Origin: Cladosporium halotolerans
Taxonomy: Eukaryota
Assembly (NCBI RefSeq): GCF_011745625.1
Contig: NW_027191460.1
Location: forward strand, 744,001-764,024
Length of the DNA stretch: 20,024 nt
Direction of reading: 5' to 3'
The notes beneath the pieces are model-generated. The model had not been told where the DNA came from, did not search any database, and saw only the letters and a list, made by a program, of their open reading frames with translations. Of this stretch, positions 11,602 to 20,024 are shown piece after piece; within the stretch, counting starts at the first letter, position 1; each line of letters begins with the position of its first letter. A program made the position numbers and the translations under genes.

Positions 11602-12419
11602 ATGGAGGGCAGAGTCGTCGCGATCACTGGTGGCGCCAGTGGAATCGGCTTGGCTCTAGCCAGACTGCTCGCGTCTCGCGGAGCGAAGCTGAGCATCGCG
11701 GACGTCTCTCCGCAAGATCAGCTTGATAATGCAGTTGCTAGCATCCAAGATGCATCTCCTCAATGCAAAGAAATCCTAGCCTCACGCGTCGACGTGAGAG
11801 AGCTGTTTCAGGTCAGCCAATGGCTGAAAGCAACCGTCGAACAGTTCGGGCAGCTGAATCATGTTGCAAACGTTGCTGGTATTTGGCGGGCAGGCAAAAT
11901 TGACGAGCAGGATGAGGACATGTGGGAGCTCATCATTGGTGTCAACCTGACGGTACAGTCGTTTCCTTCCGAGACGGCTGGCGCCGAACATCGCTCGCTG
12001 ACTTTCCGCAGGGCGCAATGCACACTCTCAAAGAATCTGCAAAGCTGCTTCCGCCTAACGCTGGCTGTTCTATGGTCGTGGTGTCTTCTGTGGCTGGGCT
12101 TACCGGCCTGCCCGGCCAGGCCGCCTACACAGCCAGCAAGCACGGCAGCATCGGTCTGGTGCGAGCTGTCGCCAAGGAGCTGGGTCCTCGAGGGATCCGC
12201 GTCAATTGCGTGGCGCCCGGTGTTATCCACACCCCTATGATCGACCTTTGCGATGCTACTGTTGGTGCCGGGGCTTCGACTGCTATGGCTTCCCAAATGC
12301 CGATTGGGCGCCGTGCCGATCCGGCAGAGGTTGCGAAGGTGATTGCTTTCTTGCTGAGTGATGAGAGTAGCTTCGTCACCGGCAGTGTGTACACCGTTGA
12401 TGGCGGGCTCGTCTGCTGA
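11602..12419 (+). CDS. Classical short-chain dehydrogenase/reductase (SDR), ~252 aa
   Basis: Exons 11602-11952 and 12012-12419; intron 11953-12011 (GTACAG..GCTGAC..CAG). Motifs: TGGASGIG, NVAG, GVNLTG across the junction, SSVAG, catalytic YTASK, IRVNCVAPGVIHTPM, FVTGSVYTVDGG. Confidence 0.93.
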
Positions 12420-12580
12420 GTAGTTCCAGGAATGAAAATTTGCTAGCTATTCGACATCTTGCTACTGTAGCGCTGCATGAAAGCCGTGTTCGCCATTTCC
12501 CCGGCGATCACGATGTGGCGACAGCCATGGAATCGGCGTAATACCTCTCAACCACGACATTCAGTGATGCGTACAGGACC

Positions 12581-13477
12581 TTACTGCACGAATGACCAGC
12601 AGACACAGTAGTAAAAAGCCAACAGCGCCGAGTATAGCGTCGCTGCCATCGTGCTTGGCCATCGTCTTTCCGCAACGCTGTGCTTTTGCCGAATGATACA
12701 ACATTGCATAGCGATGGTGTTGAAGAAGATCGCAAAGATCTGCAGATCGTCCATGCCGAAATGAGTTGTTTGAGGGTTTTTGAGCGCAAAATGTCGTTGC
12801 GCCATGGGTGAGAAGCCGAACAGCCAGATTGAGACGTAGCTCAACACCTCCAGCACAAAGCACAAGGTCTCCCTTTGCGGCTCGCGCTTTCTTACAGGGA
12901 CGTCTTGGGAGATGAGCACCGTCATGCAAGCTGCTGGAGCGTAGCTGAGTGTAAGCCAAATCCAGGCGGCTTTGTCGGCCGAGCCAAAAGCGTCCGTCAT
13001 AAGGAATGCTGTGACATGCGCCACGAATGCGAAGATGAGGTTTTCCTCTAGCATTCTCGGAGGTGACCAGGACACCTTGATCTTCGTGCTCTCGGAATGT
13101 TTGTTCAATTTTCCGAGCGACCAGCCGAGAGTCGCATTTACAAGTATTATTTTGTGCCAGATTTGGGCTGGCAGCAGCAGGTCGACCAAAGCCGCGACGA
13201 TTGCTGCGATGTTCAGAGAACGAAGCAGAAAGTGCGCAAATCGGTGGTATGACACTCGATGCCGACCGTCGCTTGTGCCAGCTTGCCTGGCTGACACCTC
13301 TTCGCCGAGTCGGTCGCTGCTTGTTCGCGGCAAATGCAAGACATGGCGTACATTTGCATGTAAGCACTGAAGCGGTAATATCCGATCAAATGCAGCGCGG
13401 TGGAGTGGCGAACTCGGATCCAGCGCAGTGTTCAGAGACACTACCGTCAAGGAAGTGAGGCTCCAAAGCCGATCCAT
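12581..13477 (-). CDS. Hypothetical multi-pass membrane protein (~298 aa from the first ATG; about 7 hydrophobic segments)
   Basis: An 897-nt stop-free frame filling the gap between the SDR and the acyltransferase. It has regularly spaced hydrophobic stretches separated by charged loops. No family motif was recognised, and the start or 5' exons are uncertain. Confidence 0.55.
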   Translation of the reverse strand: MDRLWSLTSLTVVSLNTALDPSSPLHRAAFDRILPLQCLHANVRHVLHLPRTSSDRLGEEVSARQAGTSDGRHRVSYHRFAHFLLRSLNIAAIVAALVDLLLPAQIWHKIILVNATLGWSLGKLNKHSESTKIKVSWSPPRMLEENLIFAFVAHVTAFLMTDAFGSADKAAWIWLTLSYAPAACMTVLISQDVPVRKREPQRETLCFVLEVLSYVSIWLFGFSPMAQRHFALKNPQTTHFGMDDLQIFAIFFNTIAMQCCIIRQKHSVAERRWPSTMAATLYSALLAFYYCVCWSFVQ

Positions 13478-14082
13478 CTGGAGAGCTGACAAAGTTCAAA
13501 ACGCGAGCTTCTCTTTTGAGGAAATGGGCACTTTCAGCAAATTGTTGGATGTCGACCATGCCATAGCATGTGAAATACTAGGTCACCAGGCCCAACTTCA
13601 ATCCGTCAAGGCGAGTGAATTCTGGTGCCTAGGCCGTCCACTTGCAAGCCAAGTCTGTTTCCCGTGAATCCTTCGGAACTGGTGGCATCCGGGCCTCGAG
13701 ATACAGGCACGTTGCCATGACTCGCAAAGCTAATAGTTCATCTCGGGGATGGACCAGTAGCGCAGCTCATCGTTGATGTGCACTCTTGGTGCGCCCGCGG
13801 GGCAGGACAAGGTAGTATGCAAGGATCCGCATTGTGATACCTGCTGATAGTGTTAACGCGAATGGTGATAGTTCCGAGTGTGAGAAAGGTTACGCGAGCG
13901 TTTTAGCGCCTGCGAGCAGATTGCGCTTTCTCAGCTGAAGTGCTCGCCAAGCATGGAGCAGTCAGACGCGAGAGCGTTTAATACCTTCAAATGACGCTGC
14001 AAGTTTCTCCTCGCGCTTGGGGAAAACTGCTTCTACACATCCCACAAGTCCCCTCAAGGTCCAGTCTTTGGGTGCAGCCGAC

Positions 14083-15623
14083 ATGGGCCCTACCCAGGGA
14101 TCGGCTTCGGCGGGTCCCGAGGATGAAGTGGTGCGATTCAGATTCTGGGATGACAATGATGTCATGCAGAAGATTGTCATGGAATTTACTTATCGATTTG
14201 ATGATGTTTTAGATTCTGCAAAACTGAGGTCGTCGCTTGACCGCCTCTTGCAGGTCGGAGAATGGCGACAGATTGGGGCGAGATTCAGAAAGAATGTGTG
14301 TCCCAACCTCACTGCCTCCATACTGCCGCCCCTCGAGCACGATTGAAGAAATTCACGACTAACATATTATAGGCAGCTGGTGGACTAGAATACCATGTGC
14401 CAGCCAAGTATGACGATCAGCGTCCAGCTTTTCTCTGGTCAGAAGAAAAGATTGAACAGAACATCAATGATCATCCACTGGCCTCAAAACTACCTGCAAA
14501 CACAGATTCAGATCACCCGACACTGCATCCTGGATCTGAGACTTTCCACGAGCTTGTCACCAGTTCAGACCATGGAACATGTTTCTCGGACTGGACAGAC
14601 ACTGATAGACCGGCTCTCTCATTTCACATCGTCAGTTTCGACGACGCAACACTACTCACCATCTCGTGGTCGCACGTATTCCTGGACGCTCTGGGCCGTC
14701 AGTATCTGCTGAAGGCCTGGATTGCTGTGCTTGACGGACGCGAAGAGGATGTGCCGGATTTTCTTCCTTTGAGTGTCGATCCAGCTGAAGCGGTTGCGCA
14801 AGGTGGCGATCCACGGCAGCACGTGCTCTTTGCCCTTGCACTGAACGGTCTTTGGTTCGCATTGTTCGTCGCTGGCTATATTTACGAGCTCATCATACAC
14901 TCAAAAGAGGCGACGCACATGGTCTGCTGTCCAGGGCCGTGGGTCGATCGCATCCGGGAGGAAGCAATGCACGAAGTACGTGACAAGTACTCCGACGGTG
15001 CGGACACATTTCTTTCTCACGGAGACGTCCTTTTGGCATGGTGGGCGAAAACGGCGACCGCGGCGCAGAACTTGAGCGCAAGCCAGCCAGTCAACATCGT
15101 GAATGTTACCAACTGCCGTGGTATTTATCCAGAGCATCTACCTGCAGCAGAGGATTCTGCGTACACTGGCAATGCTGCGACCACGACAAGTACGCTTGTC
15201 ACAGCTGGTGAGCTACAGAACATTAGCGTGGGGAATCTTGCGTTACGCCTTCGTCGAGACCTGCAAATGCAGCGTAGTCCCGAGCAGACTCGACATTTTG
15301 TTGCATGGCAGATCGAGTCGAAAAAGCGCTACGGTCGTCTTCCTCTTACAGGCTCCTGGAGTCAACTCATGATGGCTTGGTCGAACTGGCATCGCGGCCG
15401 ATTTTTTGACGTTGACTTCTCGTCTGCAGTGAAGGCAGTCGGAACTCCCCTCGAGAAACGTGCAAACAAGCTAGGTCGACCCTCCTTCATCTTGCCTAAT
15501 GGCCATACCAACGGATTGAGTCTGCGAAACGGCGGCCCTTTGATTGGAAGGGACGCAAAAGGTGATTGGTGGCTTCAATCGACCTTGAGAGCGGAAGCTT
15601 GGGGCAAGCTGCACTTGAGATGA
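14083..15623 (+). CDS. CoA-dependent acyltransferase (HXXXD / BAHD-Tri101-like transferase fold), ~487 aa
   Basis: Exons 14083-14295 and 14373-15623; intron 14296-14372 (GTGTGT..ACTAAC..TAG). Reads RFDDVLDSAKLRSSLDRLL..W..IGARFRKN|AAGGLEYHVP. Catalytic SWSHVFLDALG (HXXXD), LSHGDVLLAWW, YTGNA and SNW..FFDVDFS (DFGWG-like) are present. Confidence 0.85.
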
Positions 15624-15720
15624 TCAGTGGACCAGAAAGATTGCACCTAGGCCCATACGCTTTTAATCCTCCTCTGTTACAGTGTCAGAATGGCAATCAT
15701 AATTTCTCCGTCAGGCACCT

Positions 15721-15806
15721 CTCCGCAGTCCACAACATGCTTGGCTCGCATGGTTTAGAGGAACCTTCTCCGCTCCCGCTTCGGCTCCACTGTCGATCCG
15801 GGTAAA
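15721..15806. promoter_or_regulatory. Putative CreA (SYGGRG) sites and an XlnR/AraR-type CGGNTAAW site upstream of the GH27 gene
   Basis: CTCCGC at 15721-15726 and 15768-15773 and CTCCAC at 15785-15790 are reverse complements of SYGGRG. CGGGTAAA is at 15799-15806. All lie 170-255 nt upstream of the ATG. These are short motifs, so chance matches are possible. Confidence 0.35.
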
Positions 15807-15975
15807 CGCACTACTCTAGCTGGATGAGCATGATCACGTTACATCATATTTTCCGAACAATATTACCAACATATAATGCAAATCCAATTCTTGCCGCCAC
15901 CGCTCTAAAATAGCTTTACCACCTCCATTGGCACCGGATTTTGCTCTTGCGCAGGATCAATAATTGCTGCTGACA

Positions 15976-17774
15976 ATGGTGGCGCATCTTTCTATGAGAC
16001 TTGCTGCCTTAGCTGGTATTGCTCACTCGCTGGACAATGGTTTCGGGAGGCAGCCAGTGATGGGTTTTAACACCTACAACGATGTTGGATGCTCACCGAA
16101 TCAAAGCTACGTCTCGAACACGATTGATGGCCTGGCTACGAAAGGATTCCTGGAAGCGGGATACAATCACTTCCAAGTTGACTGCGGATGGCAAGGCTAT
16201 GAGAGACAATCGAATGGATCCATCACTTACGACGCTGAAGTCTTCCCGGACGGCATTGCCCCTTTGAGTAAGTATGCGATCGACAAAGGCTTCAAGTGGG
16301 CCATGTATACGGATCAGGGTGTCTACAGCTGTGACACAAAGTCACCAGCGACACGTCAAGGTAGTCTGGGATACGAAATGCAGGACGCTTTGCAGCTTGC
16401 AGCGTGGAATGTCGAGTACATGAAGGTATGCATACCGCTTCTGGCTTGCAGAACCGTTGAACTCCCTCGAATCTTTTATGCAGTGTGGTACTTACTTTGA
16501 ACGCAGGTTGACAACTGCTACATTACACCTGACCAGAATGCGCCCAAGGACCCGAGAACCGACTTCGTTTCGCGTTACGGTGCGATGAGTGAGGCTTTGC
16601 TGGAGGTTGGTATCCCCGGCATAGCCATCTGCCAGTGGGGAACACCGTACTCCACACCAGATGGTCTCGAGGGCCCTTCTCAGTGGACTCCTCCCCTTGC
16701 AAACTCGTACCGCGTCTCAGATGACATCGCCCGCGGATGGCCGAACGTGATGCGCATCATGAATCAGGGCATTCACGTTAATTTGAAGAATCTCTCAGGT
16801 CCTGGCCGGTGGTCCGACATGGATATGCTCGAAGTTGGTAATCCAGGCATGTCTATCGATGAGCAGGCCAGCCACTTTGCCATTTGGGCGATGTTCAAAA
16901 GTACTCTCATGGTTTCCACGGCTATTGGCTCGGTCTCTGATGCGGCTCGCGACATCCTTCAGAACAAGGATTTGATCGCCATTAACCAAGACCCTGCAGG
17001 ACTGCCAGTCATGCTTGTGCAGAGATTCACTGGCGATCATGATGTCTTTGCTGGCGAGCTTGAGGATGGCGACCGCGCTGTTCTCATCCTCGATCAATCG
17101 AACGGTACTCGTACGCTTTCTCTCGACTTGTCTTTACTCGGTATGAGATCTGCTACCGTCAAGGATCTCTGGTCGGGAGAAGTTAGCGTTAATGCTACTT
17201 CATTCTCAAAACAGGTCAATGCTCATGGCTCCTTGCCGCTGCGTCTGAGCAACATCAAGCTCCTCCCGGATGAGAAAGCGAACATCACATGGGTTGAAGC
17301 CCAGTCTGGCTCTCTAGAAGATGGCGCAGATGTGCAAGAGTGCTCTGGCTGTTCGTCGTCAAAGAAGGTCGGCTCTATCTATAGCGGCCGAGGATCTCTG
17401 ACTCTCTCCAATATCTCCGTCGGCCACGAGACGCAGGATGTGATCTTTGATTACATCAACTGTGAGATTGGATATCTTGCGGACCAGGGACCGAATGTCC
17501 GAAAGGCAGCGATCAGTGTGAATGGTGGAATTGCTCAGGTTGTTGAGTTTCCGTTGACAGGTAAGTTTATTGCACCGCAAGCGTCCTAGGTGTTATTGCA
17601 CTACTAATAAGACTTGACTTGAAAGGCTATAATTGGGAGAAAGATCTTATCAAAGACTTCCGCGTGCGCCTAGGCGGTTTCTACGTTGGTGAACCGAATA
17701 CAATCATGATCACTGGAACGCAGCAGGTGGTGAACGCGCCGGATCTCGATCGCTTAGGATTCGCGTCCTCGTGA
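15976..17774 (+). CDS. Secreted GH27 glycosidase (alpha-galactosidase / beta-L-arabinopyranosidase, AglD-like) with C-terminal CBM35-like module, ~550 aa
   Basis: Exons 15976-16425, 16507-17560 and 17626-17774. Introns 16426-16506 (GTATGC..CAG) and 17561-17625 (GTAAGT..ACTAAT..AAG). Signal peptide, then LDNGFGRQPVMGFNTYN, VDCGW, the nucleophile motif YMKVDNC across the junction, CQWG, acid/base YRVSDDI, GPGRWSDMDMLEVGN and HFAIWAMFKS. C-terminal module: WVEAQSG..CSGCSSSKKVG..YIN..R.A.ISVNG..FPLTGYNW..APDLDRL. Confidence 0.92.
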
Positions 17775-18483
17775 AGAGCCGCACGACTATAATCGCCGGT
17801 TACTAAGTTACTATCCCAAGGATAGAAAGTGTGCGTATTGTGGATTGTTTAGTACATGATTTCTGGAGCGAACAATCAGCAGCGTCGCCGGAACACATGG
17901 CATACTAGTATTTCATTGGCTTTGGTTTGAGCTGTGTGGCGAAAAAGACAACTGGGTTCTATAGCGAGACGGTGCGGTGGCACCGAAGTTTTACGAGATG
18001 GAGCTCTCTCCTGGAAATATGAGTGTTGCGTTTATTGCGTTCGAAGTAGTAAATTGTCAATCCCTCGAAAACCCATTCCCGCAAAGTCAACCAAGTAGGA
18101 CGCTATAGAAATGCAAGACCACCAGAAGTCTGCCTCACCCACTCGGCTACGTCTTCATCCGGTGCCGAGCGTGATAGGTCGATCTGTGCGCGTCCGAGAA
18201 ATGATGATTGGGCGTCGCTTTCCACACTTACGAAAGTAGCGTCTTTGCGCTATTTGGGGCAGAAGCCGGCGGCACTCGATCCGAGAAGCCCTAAACCCTA
18301 ACAACGTCGCGAGGCTCCTAAAACTCCGGAACGATTGCAGCCCTTGGTCCGAGCCCCCAGCCTGCTGTGTATAAGAATTGAATGCTGTTCTGTTGGGATG
18401 AGATCTGCCTTCCAAGTTGTATCAAATTCAGCTGTATCGTCATCTCTCGTTTGATATTCCCTGTGGACATACAACTAGTTCCA

Positions 18484-19874
18484 ATGCCTTCGCTGACGAT
18501 CATCATTGTTGGTGCAGGTATTGCTGGCCTCACAGCAGCCATTGCCCTCCGACAGCAAGGCCACGACGTTGTCTTGTTAGAAAAGTCGACTTTTAACCAG
18601 GAGATCGGCGCGGCTATCCATGTGAGCCCCAACTGTACTCGGCTTCTCCAACGTCTCGGACTCGACACTGCGATGCATGGAGGGAACAGATTTGTTGGCA
18701 TGTCGTTATACGATGGCGCAGGCACCTTGAAAGTTCGAATGGACTTGTCAGGTCTTCTGCAGGAATATAACAGCCCGTTTGACCTGATACACCGTGCTGA
18801 CCTCCACAATGCTTTGAAGCAACTCGCCGCAGACGAAACGGCCCAAGGTCCGGTGCCTCGGTTGCTGTTGGGATGCCGCATCGCACACATCGATCCCTCA
18901 CAGGCTTCGGTGTCACTAGATGATGGTTCGACGTTCAAAGGCGACTTGATTGTAGGCGCTGATGGCGCGCACTCAGTCTGCCGGTCGAGGATCGATCCTT
19001 CTGTTCATGCGTTACCTTCCGGCAAGAGCTGCTATCGATTCCTTGTCCAGCGCGCAGACTTGCTGGCCGACGAGCAAACTGCTCCTCTTGTAGATGCCCC
19101 AGGCTGGATGAAGGAGTTCTCGGATGGCGCCCGTCGCTTAGTTCTTTATCCCTGTCGCAAAAATACGACCATGAACGTTGCGGCCTTTGTCCCCGACAGC
19201 GAAATCTTACCCACGTACGAAGGTTAGTTGATTCTCGTCTCCCAGCGATGAGGATCAGAAAACTGATGGCTTCTCATACAGGTGGCGAGGCAGGTAGTCG
19301 TGACCAGTTGCTACAGAGCTTTTCGAGGTTCTCTTCATCAATTCGAAGAATACTCTCTCATGCTGGTTCCGATGTCAAAGTTTGGCAGCTTTAGGATATG
19401 CCGTCTCTTCCAACATGGAGCTCACAAAGCTTGGTTCTCATTGGCGATGCAGCACATCCGTTCTTACCTTGTGAGTAGGAAGTCTCCGGTAAGAAAGAAA
19501 TCCTGTAGCTCACACATGCACCAGATCTTGGCCAAGGCGGCGCCATGGCGATCGAAGATGCAATCTGCATTGCGTGCCTATTGCCTCCGAGTGTGACGAA
19601 AAATGCAATCGCGGAGCGACTGCGACTATATGAGAAGATTCGATACGAGCGCGTCGAGTTTGTAAGAGAAATGACGAGGATCAATGGGCGCGACAGAGGG
19701 GAGCGTTTGGAAGGTATGTTCCGCGACTTGAGGGTTTTCTATGCCACGTGCTAATCGAGGACGATGCTTGCCTTAGATCCATTATCAGTGATGAGGTTGT
19801 GCTATCAACATGACGAGTGGATAAACACCGAGGAGAGATTAAAAGGAACAGAGTCTACGCATATCCACATTTAG
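18484..19874 (+). pseudogene. FAD-dependent aromatic monooxygenase (salicylate-hydroxylase-like, group A FMO) with one premature in-frame TAG at 19392-19394
   Basis: Exons 18484-19222, 19282-19470, 19525-19713 and 19777-19874. Introns 19223-19281, 19471-19524 and 19714-19776, all GT-AG with branch sites. Motifs: IVGAGIAGL, EIGAAI, HRADL, DLIVGADGAHS..R and [24 protein letters not shown]. Exon 2 reads ..DVKVWQL*DMPSLPTW.., with the stop at codon 284 of ~404. Confidence 0.8.
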
Positions 19875-19926
19875 ACGACAAAGCAACCGTGATCAGCAGA
19901 TGTACTGCTCGACACGTAATGAATCT

Positions 19927-20024
19927 CAGAGGTGTGCATAATCAATCAATTCAAGTTTCAGGGCCCTGACTTGATTGATTGCCAAGGATTTTTCAGATTG
20001 ATTGATTGCTTACTTCACATCGAC
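19927..20024. mobile_element. Possible terminus of a DNA transposon (hAT-like TIR plus subterminal ATCA/TGAT repeats), running off the right edge
   Basis: CAGAGGTGTGCATAATCAATCAAT starts at 19927. It is followed by the palindrome TCAGGGCCCTGA (19958-19969), TTGATTGATTG (19971-19981) and GATTGATTGATTG (19996-20008). No partner TIR or transposase is present in the window. Confidence 0.4.

Noticed and set aside
12012..12240. Apparent frameshifts between ORF-track segments of the SDR (likewise the acyltransferase and GH27 genes)
   Set aside because: All are resolved by GT-AG introns; these are not pseudogenes.
18382..18483. 34-aa N-terminal extension of the monooxygenase ORF
   Set aside because: The ATG at 18382 is only ~12 nt from the TATA-like element, so it is probably upstream of the TSS. 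The Rossmann motif directly follows the ATG at 18484.

Overview
Eukaryotic DNA from a filamentous ascomycete (Pezizomycotina; possibly a Dothideomycete, which is inference). It has short 49-81 nt GT-AG introns with CTRAY-type branch sites. Ten genes can be reconstructed by hand. The left half (1-11 kb) is housekeeping-like: the 5' part of an SCS7-type cytochrome-b5/sphingolipid hydroxylase (missed by the ORF track), a BTB/POZ protein, a maltose/galactoside O-acetyltransferase, a secreted dipeptidyl peptidase IV and a Sac-domain phosphoinositide phosphatase. The right half (11.6-19.9 kb) looks accessory/metabolic: a classical SDR, an orphan ORF with about 7 hydrophobic helices, an HXXXD CoA-dependent acyltransferase, a GH27+CBM35 glycosidase with a D-C-G-W active-site variant, and an FAD-dependent monooxygenase interrupted by a single in-frame TAG. 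The last ~100 nt carry a CAG-initiated, ATCA/TGAT-repeat, palindromic structure resembling a DNA-transposon terminus. No tRNA, rRNA or CRISPR was recognised. All splice models and family assignments come from reading motifs, not from database searches.
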